Assembly (NCBI GenBank): GCA_029247075.1
Contig: JAQWLX010000012.1
Coordinates: forward strand, 1 to 58,629
Reading direction: 5' to 3'
DNA from: Halieaceae bacterium
Lineage (GTDB): Bacteria > Pseudomonadota > Gammaproteobacteria > Pseudomonadales > Halieaceae
Length of the DNA: 58,629 bases
This document shows positions 7,258 to 17,104 of this stretch, one piece after another. The notes under the pieces were generated by a model that ran no database searches, was not told the origin of the DNA, and saw only the letters and a program-made list of their open reading frames with translations. Position numbers and translations under genes: made by a program. Numbering within the stretch: the stretch's first letter is position 1; every line of letters begins with the position of its first letter.

Positions 7258-9066
7258 ATGGAAGCGACAGCGACTTTACCAGGCCAAACGCCTTTGCAGA
7301 TAGGGGCTGATGATGCGGCGAATATGCCTGCGGCTTCAGCAGGCGCTCCACCGGCAAAAACTCAAACTTCACCAGCCGGTAGTGCTTTTCCTACTGTTTC
7401 AGAGATCTTTGACACTCCATTAGTGCGTAAGGCTATGCCGGGTATAATAGTGGTTATTTCCCTAATGTTATTAATGTTAGCTTACCTCTGGATTCAGGAT
7501 AGTGGTCACAGAGCTTTGTATCCAGAGATGTCAGATTCTGATCGACAGGCAGCTTACGACGCGTTGCGAGCAGCAGATTTTAATGTCCAAGTCGATTCAT
7601 CGACGGGTGTTATAAGTGTGCCGGTAGGGCGGTATTACGAGGCGCGCATGTTATTGGCCTCCTCAGGATTGCCGCGTGAGGCAAATACGACCGCTGTGGA
7701 TGCGCTTTCATCCGATTCTTCAATGATGACAAGCCAGTTTATGGAGCAGGCTCGCTATAGTGCAGCTATAGAAGCGGAGTTGGCAAAAAGCATAGTGAAA
7801 ATCTCGACTATAGATGCCGCGCGCGTGCACCTGGCGACGACCAAAAGATCTCCATTTATGCGAAGAAAGACCGAATCAAGTGCGTCAGTTATTTTAGTTC
7901 CCCATGCTGGTCGAGCGGTTTCGCATGCACAGGTTCAAGCGATAACACATTTAGTTTCATCAAGTGTGCCTTATTTGTCCGCTGATAACGTTGTGGTTGT
8001 AGATCAGATGGGAGAACTGCTAACTAAAGATGAAGATAGTATAGGTCAGATCGTAGGTATATTTACTGAATATGAGCGTGATCTCGAGGAGCAATACAGA
8101 AGCAGAATAAACGCTATTTTGGGACCGTTGGTAGGACTGCAGAATATTAGGGCAGAAGTTGACGTAGCGGTTGATTTCACTCAGCTTGAGTCAACGTATG
8201 AAAATTTTGATCGAGATAACGTTGGAGGTGAGGCCAGATCTGAATCTATAAGTATAGAAAGAGACTCAGGGGGGGACGAATCAGGAGGTATTCCCGGAGC
8301 TACTACTATGGTGTTAGAGAGCGCCACTGCGCCACAAGCTGACGAGGATGAGGAAGGCGAAGACAGGATAACCAGCAGTAGTACAACTCGTAACTACGAA
8401 CTGGATAAAGAGACAACATACATTAAGCAACCAGGTGGATCGATACAGCGATTATCGGTAGCGGTTGTAGTAAATCAGGAACAGGTCATGCTCCCTGAGG
8501 CAGAAGGTGAGGAATCAGAGGTAGCTCGAGCAGTAGATCAGGAAAAACTCGTTAGGTTAGAGAATCTGGTTCGCGGGGTTGTAGGTTTTGATGAAGCTCG
8601 AGGAGATAATGTAACCTTAGTAACATCCACGTTTGATATACCAGAAGAAATTGTTGATACAACGAAATGGTATGAGAGCCACTATTTACTCAGTGTTGTC
8701 CAGGTAATAGCGGGTCTTTTGGTGTTTGGCTTGCTAATGCAAATGGTTGTTCGGCCGGTGTTGGGTCATTTCCTAAGCGGAGGTAGTTTGGGTGAAATAG
8801 ATCCTGTGACTGGATTGCCATTAGAGACCGTTGGAGGTGTCGATGGAGCAGGAGCGATCGGAGCTGATGGCATGCTTGAAATGGGAGAAGGTGAAACACT
8901 TGAAGATATAAAGGCAAAGCTCAAGCCTAAAAAATCCAGTATTTCTCCAGAAATGCTTGATACGGCCAACACCTATGATGACAAGGTAGCATTGGTAAGG
9001 TTATTAGTTTCAGAGGATTCAGGCAGGGTTGCAAACGTGTTGAAGAAAATGGTTTCACCTGAGTAA
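7258..9066 (+). CDS. fliF: flagellar MS-ring protein FliF
   Basis: 602 aa. Two TM segments (IIVVISLMLLMLAYLWI; LLSVVQVIAGLLVFGLLMQMVV) flank a YscJ/FliF-type periplasmic core. Position between fliE and fliG. Confidence 0.93.
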   Translation: MEATATLPGQTPLQIGADDAANMPAASAGAPPAKTQTSPAGSAFPTVSEIFDTPLVRKAMPGIIVVISLMLLMLAYLWIQDSGHRALYPEMSDSDRQAAYDALRAADFNVQVDSSTGVISVPVGRYYEARMLLASSGLPREANTTAVDALSSDSSMMTSQFMEQARYSAAIEAELAKSIVKISTIDAARVHLATTKRSPFMRRKTESSASVILVPHAGRAVSHAQVQAITHLVSSSVPYLSADNVVVVDQMGELLTKDEDSIGQIVGIFTEYERDLEEQYRSRINAILGPLVGLQNIRAEVDVAVDFTQLESTYENFDRDNVGGEARSESISIERDSGGDESGGIPGATTMVLESATAPQADEDEEGEDRITSSSTTRNYELDKETTYIKQPGGSIQRLSVAVVVNQEQVMLPEAEGEESEVARAVDQEKLVRLENLVRGVVGFDEARGDNVTLVTSTFDIPEEIVDTTKWYESHYLLSVVQVIAGLLVFGLLMQMVVRPVLGHFLSGGSLGEIDPVTGLPLETVGGVDGAGAIGADGMLEMGEGETLEDIKAKLKPKKSSISPEMLDTANTYDDKVALVRLLVSEDSGRVANVLKKMVSPE

Positions 9067-9103
9067 ACAAATCAATAGTTGAAACCGATTAGGAGAAAAT
9101 TAG

Positions 9104-10174
9104 ATGGCTGAAGCAAACGAAGAAGAACAAGATAGTAAAAGTGCTGCGGCACCCTTGTCAGACGCCGTTAAAGCAGAAATTGAAGCATTGACTGGCGCGG
9201 ACCGCGCTGCGGTTATTATGCTTTTGCTCGGTGAACAACAAGCGGCAGATATTATTCGATATTTGTCACCCAGAGAAGTTCAAAATCTTGGTGCATGTAT
9301 GGTTGCAGTAGCGGACCTTTCCCAGGAGGCTGTTAGTGCTGTCTTGGATGATTTTGTTTCGACGATTAAAAATCAGACTAATTTAGGTCTTGGAACAACC
9401 GATTACGTTGAAAGCATTCTCAAACGAGCACTTGGAGAGGACAAAGCCGCCACAGTGCTTGGACGAATTATGCCGGGGTCCACAAGTAAAGGTTTGGAGA
9501 TTTTAAGGTGGATGGATGCAAGATCAATCGGTGAGATGATACAAGATGAACATCCTCAGGTAATAGCAATTATTTTATCAGTGCTCGAATACGATGTTGC
9601 AGCAGATGTGCTAAATTTTCTGACGGCGGATATACGTGCTGAAGTTGTTCAACGTATTGCAATGCTTGACACCGTTCAGCCAAATGCCATGGAAAAACTT
9701 GAATCAATTATGAAGAAGCAATTTTCAAACAGCTCATCTGCTAAATCATCTAGCTTTGGGGGAATTGGTGCAGCAGCCAAAATCATGAATTTTACGAAAG
9801 TCGAATTGGAAAGTACGGTTCTTCAGGGTGTGGCGGATGTTGATGAAGAGCTAGCCTTAAAAATCCAAGACAACATGTTCACCTTTGATAACTTATCGGC
9901 TCTAGATAATCGAGGGGTACAGGTACTTATGCGTAATGTTGAATCTGACATGTTGATGATTAGTCTTAAGGGGGCTGATGAACCAGTTAAAGATAAATTT
10001 TTGGATAATATGTCCTCCCGAGCGAAAGTTATGTTTCTTGACGAAATGGAAGCTAAAGGACCTATTAGGATCACTGATGTGGAAGAAGCTCAAAAAAGTA
10101 TCGTGCGTATAGCCAGGAAGCTGTCCGATGCGGGCGAGCTTGTTTTGGCCGGAAGGGGTGATGATTTTGTCTAG
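9104..10174 (+). CDS. fliG: flagellar motor switch protein FliG
   Basis: 356 aa. LTGADRAAVIMLLLGEQQAADI, EHPQVIAIILSVLE, MFTFDNL and the charged C-terminal torque-helix region. Confidence 0.95.
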   Translation: MAEANEEEQDSKSAAAPLSDAVKAEIEALTGADRAAVIMLLLGEQQAADIIRYLSPREVQNLGACMVAVADLSQEAVSAVLDDFVSTIKNQTNLGLGTTDYVESILKRALGEDKAATVLGRIMPGSTSKGLEILRWMDARSIGEMIQDEHPQVIAIILSVLEYDVAADVLNFLTADIRAEVVQRIAMLDTVQPNAMEKLESIMKKQFSNSSSAKSSSFGGIGAAAKIMNFTKVELESTVLQGVADVDEELALKIQDNMFTFDNLSALDNRGVQVLMRNVESDMLMISLKGADEPVKDKFLDNMSSRAKVMFLDEMEAKGPIRITDVEEAQKSIVRIARKLSDAGELVLAGRGDDFV

Positions 10175-11201
10175 TGAAGATGGAAATGTAAGTTGGAAGC
10201 TGAATGATTTGATTCACGCTTCCCGACGAGCGGCTTATCGGCGATATGAATCTCTTGAGCATTCAGATAAGGAACAGGAATTTCTGCCCTGGACACCTAC
10301 AATGCTTAAGTTAATAGATGATCAGATAGTAGAAGCTGGTGCCGAGAACCAGCAAGTCGATTCGGCTATTGATTTACCTGATAAAAAAGAATCTTTGGAG
10401 CCAACTGTTGAGGAAAAACTAGTTCCGGAAGAGGAAATGATATCGAAAATACAGGAAAGCTATCAAAGAGGTTTTGATGAAGGTAAAGCAGCTACAGAAT
10501 CTGATTTAGCCGATAAATTTCTTAAACTAAACAAATTGATAGAGGGATTTACTAGTTTTAAGGAGAATCTGGAGGGTTTTCATTCGCCGCTAGTTAAATT
10601 GTCTTTAGCACTTGCTAATCATCTAGCGAGAGCTGAGCTAAGACTTGATGGCACAGCAATAGAAGAACTCGTTCGTCAGAGCCTTTTTGCTATTGAAAGT
10701 TCTACTGAAAATTCAGTAGTTGTATATCTAGCAGAAGAAGATTTCGAGCATGCACATAATATCTTAGGCGAGACTTATCCAAATGTGAAATTTGAGATCG
10801 ATCATGACTTTTCTTCGGGTAGCTTGCGTGTTGTTATGGACGATACGTCGATAGAAGATTTAATTGAAAATCGGCTGGATGCTCTTTCTGATCAATTATT
10901 TCTATCGCAAAACCAGTTAAATTCAGGTCGTCAGCAATTTCTTGGCTCAGATATAAATAATGATGGAGAGAAATTAATTAGTTCAGACGGAGAAGTATCC
11001 GATCCTAGCGATACCATAATGTCAAAACCGATAGCCTCCGCTGATGAAGGGCATGATTTGAAAAACGACAACTTAATTGATGAGTTGTCTTCACCTCCTT
11101 TATCGGAAGAGCCAAGTGCAGAAATTACTGCGACCGAAGATGGCTTTGGCAAAACGCCTGAAGAAGTTGAATTCGATTCAGAGAATAACGATGATCACTG
11201 A
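10161..11201 (+). CDS. fliH: flagellar export regulator FliH with long acidic C-terminal tail
   Basis: The track ORF starts at 10128. I prefer the ATG at 10161, which has SD GGAAGGGG and a 14-nt overlap with fliG. FliH core (SYQRGFDEGKAA...LRVVMDDTSIEDLIENRLDAL) plus a ~95-aa D/E/S-rich tail. Confidence 0.85.
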   Translation: MILSSEDGNVSWKLNDLIHASRRAAYRRYESLEHSDKEQEFLPWTPTMLKLIDDQIVEAGAENQQVDSAIDLPDKKESLEPTVEEKLVPEEEMISKIQESYQRGFDEGKAATESDLADKFLKLNKLIEGFTSFKENLEGFHSPLVKLSLALANHLARAELRLDGTAIEELVRQSLFAIESSTENSVVVYLAEEDFEHAHNILGETYPNVKFEIDHDFSSGSLRVVMDDTSIEDLIENRLDALSDQLFLSQNQLNSGRQQFLGSDINNDGEKLISSDGEVSDPSDTIMSKPIASADEGHDLKNDNLIDELSSPPLSEEPSAEITATEDGFGKTPEEVEFDSENNDDH

Positions 11202-12528
11202 GTTTTCGACCCAGGTAGATCAATATATTGGAAGGCTCAATCCGACACCTCTGGAACCTTCTGGAAGGCTTTTGCGAGTTGTAGGAATGACGGTCGAAGT
11301 TTCAGGAGTAGCAGCGCCAGTTGGAGCGAAATGTCGCATATCTACAGCATCTAACAATGGTTATATCGAGGCAGAGGTGGTGGGATTTAATAATGACGTT
11401 CTTTTTTTAATGCCGTACGGCTCTATTGAGGGTGTGGCACCAGGCGCGAGCGTAACGGTGGTTAACCGATTCCCAATGGTAAATGTTAGTAGAGACATGC
11501 TAGGCAGAGTAGTGAATGCCCAGGGTGAGCCTATCGATGGGCTCGGTCAAATAAAATCTTCTGAATCTTGCGGGCTATTTGGTTTTCCAATTAATCCTAT
11601 GGAGCGCGGGCCGGTGGAACACGCTCTAGATACTGGGATAAAGGCGATTAATTGTTGTTTGACTCTTGGTCAAGGTCAACGAATCGGGTTGGTGGCGGGT
11701 TCCGGCGTGGGTAAGAGCGTTCTCTTGGCTATGCTGGCAAGAAATACTGCTGCCGATGTCGTGGTTATTGGGCTTGTAGGGGAACGGGGCAGAGAAGTAC
11801 AGGAGTTTGTTAGTACCACCCTAGGCGAAGCGGGACTCAGAAAATCAATTGTAGTTGCTTCACCCACATATGATCCTCCAGTTGCTCGTTTAAAGGCTGC
11901 GCATTTAGCCCATGTTATTGCTGAGTATTTTCGAGATCGTGGAAAAAGAGTTTTGCTATTGTTTGATAGTTTGACGCGAGTTGCGCATGCGCAACGTGAG
12001 ATAGGGCTAGCGGTGGGCGAGCCACCTACAGCAAAAGGCTACCCTCCCTCTGTTTTTGCATTATTGCCGAGCTTGATAGAAAGAGCGGGAGTTGGGGCAC
12101 ATGGACATGGTTCTATTACTGCCATCTATACCTTACTAGCTGAAGGTGATGATAGGGCAGATCCGATAGTTGATATCGCCCGCGCTTCTCTTGACGGACA
12201 AGTTATGCTTTCGAGAGATTTAGCTGATGCAGCTCACTATCCCTCAATCGATCTTAACGGATCCATTTCTCGGATAATGGACAACCTTGTTGATAAGGAA
12301 CAGGTGAATCTAGCTAATCGATTGAGGCGTTATTGGTCTCTTTACAGACAAAACATAGATCTCATACAAGTTGGAGCATATGAGGCAGGTACGAATACCG
12401 AGCTTGATGAAGCTATTGAATTAATTGGAAACATCACTGAATTCCTGCGCCAGGAAAGCGAAGATAATTTTTCTTTTGAAGATTGCTGGAAAGCATTGAA
12501 AGCCTGCATTAGAAGGGATGAACGATGA
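11191..12528 (+). CDS. fliI: flagellum-specific T3SS ATPase FliI
   Basis: The track ORF starts at 11077 inside fliH. The likely start is ATG 11191 (MITEFSTQVDQYI), overlapping the fliH stop. Walker A GSGVGKS, Walker B RVLLLFDSLTR. Confidence 0.95.
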   Translation: MITEFSTQVDQYIGRLNPTPLEPSGRLLRVVGMTVEVSGVAAPVGAKCRISTASNNGYIEAEVVGFNNDVLFLMPYGSIEGVAPGASVTVVNRFPMVNVSRDMLGRVVNAQGEPIDGLGQIKSSESCGLFGFPINPMERGPVEHALDTGIKAINCCLTLGQGQRIGLVAGSGVGKSVLLAMLARNTAADVVVIGLVGERGREVQEFVSTTLGEAGLRKSIVVASPTYDPPVARLKAAHLAHVIAEYFRDRGKRVLLLFDSLTRVAHAQREIGLAVGEPPTAKGYPPSVFALLPSLIERAGVGAHGHGSITAIYTLLAEGDDRADPIVDIARASLDGQVMLSRDLADAAHYPSIDLNGSISRIMDNLVDKEQVNLANRLRRYWSLYRQNIDLIQVGAYEAGTNTELDEAIELIGNITEFLRQESEDNFSFEDCWKALKACIRRDER

Positions 12529-12965
12529 CGCAGGCATGGAGAGTTTTATCTGAAAAGCGTGCCCAAGAGGTTACAAAGGCTCAGGTTGTAGTCGCCACCT
12601 GCGTTGCAAAGAAGAAGACCATTGAGGAACAAATGGAAAAATTGGATGAACTTATAAGTGAATATAGTAAGGAACTATTCAGAGCTAAGCAAGATGGTCT
12701 AGCTGACGTTGGAGCAAGCAATCTTCGACGTCAATTTATAGCAGAAGTTCAGCAAGCTAGGGACGGTCTAAATCACGAAAATTCCATGTTGGAGGTTGAT
12801 CTTCGAGTGGCCCGAGAAGCGCTACAAGAGACTCGCTTAGAGGAAATGAAAGCAAAAAAAATGCTGGAAAGAGACCAAGAACGAACTGAGAAAAATAATA
12901 ATTTACACGAGCGTAAGGATTTTGAATCAACAGCACTCAATCAATTTAACCTAAGAAATGTTTGA
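12525..12965 (+). CDS. fliJ: flagellar export chaperone/stalk protein FliJ
   Basis: 146-aa coiled-coil protein. ATGA overlap with fliI. Canonical position. Confidence 0.85.
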   Translation: MTQAWRVLSEKRAQEVTKAQVVVATCVAKKKTIEEQMEKLDELISEYSKELFRAKQDGLADVGASNLRRQFIAEVQQARDGLNHENSMLEVDLRVAREALQETRLEEMKAKKMLERDQERTEKNNNLHERKDFESTALNQFNLRNV

Positions 12966-12981
12966 TGGCACAGTATTTGCT
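12966..12981 (+). promoter_or_regulatory. sigma54 promoter upstream of fliK
   Basis: TGGCAC-AGTAT-TTGCT, starting immediately after the fliJ stop and 45 nt before the fliK start. Confidence 0.8.
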
Positions 12982-13025
12982 ATATACCTAGTACATAAAT
13001 TGATTGAAAAAAAAGAGGCCGAGCC

Positions 13026-14807
13026 TTGAAAAACACAATAGACAACATGTTCCTCTCTACATCCGCAGCAGATAAGGGTTTGGACGGTATTGCCTCCATA
13101 GCAGGTCCCGAAGTCGACTCAGATGTGCAGGGGTTTGAGACCACTTTTCGGCAAGCGCTGGCCGCCATTGACAGGTCGAGAAGTGGCAAGGACTTGCCAA
13201 AAAAATTACTAGAGTTTGATCCTGAAAAGTTAGCCGGCATGGCTTTGACGCAAAAGAAGCTCAGTTCAGATTCAACTGTCCTAATCGGAGATGCTGATTT
13301 AAGCAATCAAACGGTTATCGCTTTTGCCGCATTGCAGGGTATGGACGCTGAATCACTTAAAACGCTCTTTGAGAAACCTATTCTAGGTGATACAGAGGAG
13401 ATGAAAGACGCCTCAGAGAATGTAAAAATATTGACTGATAATTCGTTGGACGAATTTGTTGGAATGCCTCCTGGATCTGTGGAACAGACTGTAAGGGCGC
13501 TTGAAGAACAAGGTCTTTTACCTGAGATTCCCATTAGAGGATTAAAAGAAAAACTAGATTTTGAACATATTTCCGACGGTAAAATCAACTTGAAAAGCCA
13601 CGTAGATACTGGAAAAAAATTTTCCGAAGCAGAATCTATGTTCCAAAGAGCAGATGGACAAGTCGAAAACATAACTAATAATTGGTTGAACCTTAGGACT
13701 GGAGAAAACGCAGTAAATTCGACCGAGGTGCGTGGTATGGCTTCTCGTAAAAGTGCAGATTTTCCGCACAATAATACTGCTATAGATGCTGTAGATAGTG
13801 AGTTAGAGTCTGTTGCGCGAGAATCAGCAGTGATCGGAAAAGATTCTGTTGCGATTTCTTCCAATAAAGGTGTTAAGCCTGGGCACTCAGATTTAAGAAC
13901 GGCACCAGGTGTAACCTCAGGAATCGATACTTCTGAATCGGATTTGACCAGGATTGATCTTAAGAAGTTAAATATAAGCTCAGCGGTTGATACCAATGCA
14001 AACTCGAGTCCTAGGCCAGAAACAGGTTTAAAGAAAGAGATCGAAATTAATTCTGGATTCGTAAATTCTTCAGGACCGCGTCATGAGAAAGTACAGGCTA
14101 GATCAGATTCGGAGCAACTCTTGGAATTTGAAGAAATACAGTTAACAAAAGATAACAAAATATCGAGTGCTCCATCTTCTGTTTTGCAGGCGACAAGAAC
14201 GATTAATGATGTAGTGCCTCAATCTCAGTATGTTAATTCCATCGGACCAGCAAAACCAGTAATACAGCAGGCTAATTTAACTGGCTCAGTACCAGTTGGA
14301 GAGGTAGCTGGATTAGAGGTAGTGGGATCAAGCTCAGATTCGAATACAACTTTAGACACTCTTACTCAACCGAAAGGGTTAAGTCCAAGGGTAGCCGTAG
14401 ATGATTTGCCTGGCAAATTAACAGCGTTAGTTCAGCAACGAATAGTTAATGGTTTAAAGGTGGAAGGCTGGCGTTATCAAGTACACTTGCACCCAGAAGA
14501 GTTAGGTAGTGTAGAAATTCAAATGGAGATGATCGATGGCCGCTTGGAAGCTCGTATCTTGGCGAGTAACGTCGCTGCAAGAGATTTATTGAATGAGCAT
14601 CTTGCAAGGTTGGAAGAATCTTTACAAAACGGTGGGATTAAGGAAAGTATGGTACAAGTAGGTTTGGAACAAAGACAGGATTCTAAAAAGTCATTTGATT
14701 CGAGTGACGGTAATCAAGAAAATCAGACCGAACTTGCAGATGGCGATGAAAGTGAGATTGATGATGCGGGACAAAGTAATGATGGTGAATTAGACGTTTT
14801 TGTCTAA
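13026..14807 (+). CDS. fliK: flagellar hook-length control protein FliK
   Basis: 593 aa. TTG start preceded by AAGAGG. Low-complexity central part. C-terminal Flg_hook-type domain (YQVHLHPEELGSVEIQMEMIDGRLEARILASNVAARDLLNEHLARLEESL). Confidence 0.88.
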   Translation: MKNTIDNMFLSTSAADKGLDGIASIAGPEVDSDVQGFETTFRQALAAIDRSRSGKDLPKKLLEFDPEKLAGMALTQKKLSSDSTVLIGDADLSNQTVIAFAALQGMDAESLKTLFEKPILGDTEEMKDASENVKILTDNSLDEFVGMPPGSVEQTVRALEEQGLLPEIPIRGLKEKLDFEHISDGKINLKSHVDTGKKFSEAESMFQRADGQVENITNNWLNLRTGENAVNSTEVRGMASRKSADFPHNNTAIDAVDSELESVARESAVIGKDSVAISSNKGVKPGHSDLRTAPGVTSGIDTSESDLTRIDLKKLNISSAVDTNANSSPRPETGLKKEIEINSGFVNSSGPRHEKVQARSDSEQLLEFEEIQLTKDNKISSAPSSVLQATRTINDVVPQSQYVNSIGPAKPVIQQANLTGSVPVGEVAGLEVVGSSSDSNTTLDTLTQPKGLSPRVAVDDLPGKLTALVQQRIVNGLKVEGWRYQVHLHPEELGSVEIQMEMIDGRLEARILASNVAARDLLNEHLARLEESLQNGGIKESMVQVGLEQRQDSKKSFDSSDGNQENQTELADGDESEIDDAGQSNDGELDVFV

Positions 14808-14831
14808 ATAGGATGATCGTGAGGAACCAAA

Positions 14832-15401
14832 ATGGCTGAAGAAGAAGTACAGGAAGAAGAAAAGCAAAAACCCCCGATAGTGATGATTGTTTTAGTAATT
14901 GTCGGCGTGCTTCTGCTTGTTGGTATTACAATGTTCGGTACGTTGTTTGCCACGGGATTTTTTGATGCCGAGGAAGAAACAGCAGAAGAAGCTATAGCAG
15001 CCTTAGAAGAGGAAGAGGAAGCCGATGCTGAAGCATTGGCAAGTTCGGGGCCACAGCTTTTAGAATTACCTGAGAAAGAAAAGCTTGATACTGTGTATTT
15101 CAAGATACCTCAGTCGCTCGTATCGAATGTGAAAGATTCAAGAAAGGTAATGCAAATTACAGTTCAAGTATCTACTCATTACGACCAACAGGTGATCGAT
15201 AATATAGAAAAGCACTCTCCTGCGTTGATATCTGAGATGCTTAATGTTCTTGGTGGGATAACGGAGAAAGATATAAAAGATAGTGAGTTTAAGCAAATAT
15301 TGGCTGACGATCTTAAGTTGGTAATGAACGCGACACTTGAGGAGCGAGAAGACTTTGGTGGTATTGAGAATGTTTACTTCGTTGAATTTATTATTCAGTA
15401 A
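14832..15401 (+). CDS. fliL: flagellar basal body-associated protein FliL
   Basis: 189 aa. Single N-terminal TM (IVMIVLVIVGVLLLVGITMF), acidic linker, FliL-type C-terminal domain. Position before fliM. Confidence 0.85.
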   Translation: MAEEEVQEEEKQKPPIVMIVLVIVGVLLLVGITMFGTLFATGFFDAEEETAEEAIAALEEEEEADAEALASSGPQLLELPEKEKLDTVYFKIPQSLVSNVKDSRKVMQITVQVSTHYDQQVIDNIEKHSPALISEMLNVLGGITEKDIKDSEFKQILADDLKLVMNATLEEREDFGGIENVYFVEFIIQ

Positions 15402-15428
15402 TTTTAGTTTTTGGATGGAATTGATGTA

Positions 15429-16424
15429 ATGGCTGCTGATGGAAATTTATTATCTACTGAAGAGCTAGGTGCGCTCACCGCAGGTATAGACGATGGGTCC
15501 ATTGCGGTGGATACAGGTATTAATACTGGAGCTCAGGTAGTCAGGCACGATATAGCGAGTGAAGATAGTTCGCTGGGCATTAATACCGGTGCGATAGATA
15601 TGATCAATGAGCGCTTTGTCCGACATTTTCGAAGCGGTTTGGTTGACGTGTTGCGAACTACTCCCAAGATGGCCCAGGGCGAGGTAAGTACACTTCCTTT
15701 CAGTGAATACTTAAACCCTCTCGAAGCACCGCTCTCAGTCAATATCGTAAGATTAAACCCTATGCGGGGTTATTCTTTGATGGTAATAGATCCAAATCTT
15801 ATTTTTGCTTGTCTTGACAATTTTTTCGGTGGTTTTGGTCATGGCATAGGCGAATTGCCACAAGGCCGCCTCTTTACTCCCACAGAAAACTCTATAATAA
15901 ATTTACTGGTAGATATTATGTTCGCAAGTTTACAGGAAGCATGGGCGCCAGTTATGCCGATGTCTTGCGAGAAGGTAAGCACCGAAGTTAATCCGCAATT
16001 CGCTCAGATAGCTGATGAAATGGATTTGGTCGTATGGAGTCAGTTTAAGATGAGTATAGGCGATACTGTCGAAGGATCAGTAGACATTGTCTATCCCCAT
16101 GGAGCGTTAAAACCGATAAGAGATTTGCTGAGAAGCAGAGTGCAAACTGGCGATGATGACGATGCCTCGGCTTCTGAGTGGAGCCAACAATTAAGGACAG
16201 CTTCTGGCGATGCCAAGCTGGATATCAACGTTACCTTAGCAAATATAAATGCATCAATAGGGGAAATGGAGCGGTGGAAGGACGGAGATGTACTTTATTT
16301 CTCCAATCCTGACCATGCAACAGTTCGAGTGGCTGGTACGCCAATGTTTTCAGCAGATGTAGGTACTAGTGGACCACAAGCTGCCGTTAAGATTGTAGAT
16401 GCAATATCTCCCCCCAAGAATTAG
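15429..16424 (+). CDS. fliM: flagellar motor switch protein FliM
   Basis: The track start is TTG 15411. ATG 15429 gives MAADGNLLSTEELGALT, which resembles the LSQxEIDxLL CheY-P binding motif. FliM middle domain and SpoA-like C-terminus. Confidence 0.93.
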   Translation: MAADGNLLSTEELGALTAGIDDGSIAVDTGINTGAQVVRHDIASEDSSLGINTGAIDMINERFVRHFRSGLVDVLRTTPKMAQGEVSTLPFSEYLNPLEAPLSVNIVRLNPMRGYSLMVIDPNLIFACLDNFFGGFGHGIGELPQGRLFTPTENSIINLLVDIMFASLQEAWAPVMPMSCEKVSTEVNPQFAQIADEMDLVVWSQFKMSIGDTVEGSVDIVYPHGALKPIRDLLRSRVQTGDDDDASASEWSQQLRTASGDAKLDINVTLANINASIGEMERWKDGDVLYFSNPDHATVRVAGTPMFSADVGTSGPQAAVKIVDAISPPKN

Positions 16425-16441
16425 AGAATTAGGAGTTCAAC

Positions 16442-16780
16442 ATGGAAAATGAGGAAGCAATCGAAGAAGAAGTCCAGACTGAAGAAGGAACTGACATCGG
16501 ATCTTCCGAAGATGGTAAGGCAAGTATAGATCCGGATATACTTCAAAATATTCCCGTGACAATTTCGGTAGAGGTAGGGCGGACGTCACTAAAAATAAAA
16601 GATTTAATGCGTCTTACTCAAGGCAGTGTAGTCGAGCTTGAGAGACTCGCCGGTGAACCTTTAGATCTTTTCGTAAATAGTACGTTGGTGGCTCAGGGAG
16701 AAGTAGTTTTAGTTAACGACAGGTATGGAGTTCGACTTACTTCTGTAGTTCCGGCAGCAGAAAGAATTAGGAATTTATAG
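16442..16780 (+). CDS. fliN: flagellar motor switch protein FliN
   Basis: 112 aa. SpoA domain IPVTISVEVGRTSLKIKDLMRLTQGSVVELERLAGEPLDLFVNSTLVAQGEVVLVNDRYGVRL. Confidence 0.95.
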   Translation: MENEEAIEEEVQTEEGTDIGSSEDGKASIDPDILQNIPVTISVEVGRTSLKIKDLMRLTQGSVVELERLAGEPLDLFVNSTLVAQGEVVLVNDRYGVRLTSVVPAAERIRNL

Positions 16781-16783
16781 CAG

Positions 16784-17074
16784 TTGCCAATGCTTGATTG
16801 GGTCTCATACGTTGGGCCTGTGCTGTTGGTGTTAATCCTTCTGGCAGGGACCCTTTTTATTCTCACTCGCGTAAATAAATTCCAGGTTGCACAGGATGGA
16901 GAGCACTTCAAGATCAGGAGACTTCACAGCTTTGGTCCGCGACAGCAGATAGTCGTTGTAGAGTATCAAGAGGAATGCTATCTTCTGGGCGTAACTCAGT
17001 ACTCTATTACTTCGATTGCGAAGGTGGAAAAGCGATCCTCAGAAACTCAATTAGAGGAAAAGGTTCTAGATTAG
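16784..17074 (+). CDS. fliO: flagellar biosynthesis protein FliO
   Basis: ~95 aa with a single TM (VGPVLLVLILLAGTLFIL). Position between fliN and fliP. An ATG at 16790 is an alternative start. Confidence 0.75.
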   Translation: MPMLDWVSYVGPVLLVLILLAGTLFILTRVNKFQVAQDGEHFKIRRLHSFGPRQQIVVVEYQEECYLLGVTQYSITSIAKVEKRSSETQLEEKVLD

Positions 17075-17104
17075 ACTCGCAATGGTGCGGCGTCAGGTGA
17101 TTGA

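Noticed and set aside
11077-11190. The upstream extension of the fliI ORF (start 11077), and likewise of fliH (10128), the flgP-like gene (29035), the 230-aa version of the ORF at 22888-23580, and the small secreted protein (49088).
   Set aside because: The extensions overlap the preceding genes extensively and encode non-conserved sequence. Downstream starts have better SD sequences or restore canonical N-termini or signal peptides.
13307-13996. 229-aa ORF antisense to fliK. Similar long antisense or out-of-frame ORFs occur at 1394-1696, 19007-19384, 21662-22108, 31716-32310, 43369-43806, 44068-44442, 47241-47615 and 48033-48443.
   Set aside because: All lie entirely inside well-supported genes on the opposite strand or in another frame. 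They have odd S/P/R/C-rich compositions, no start context and no recognisable motifs, so they are shadow ORFs.
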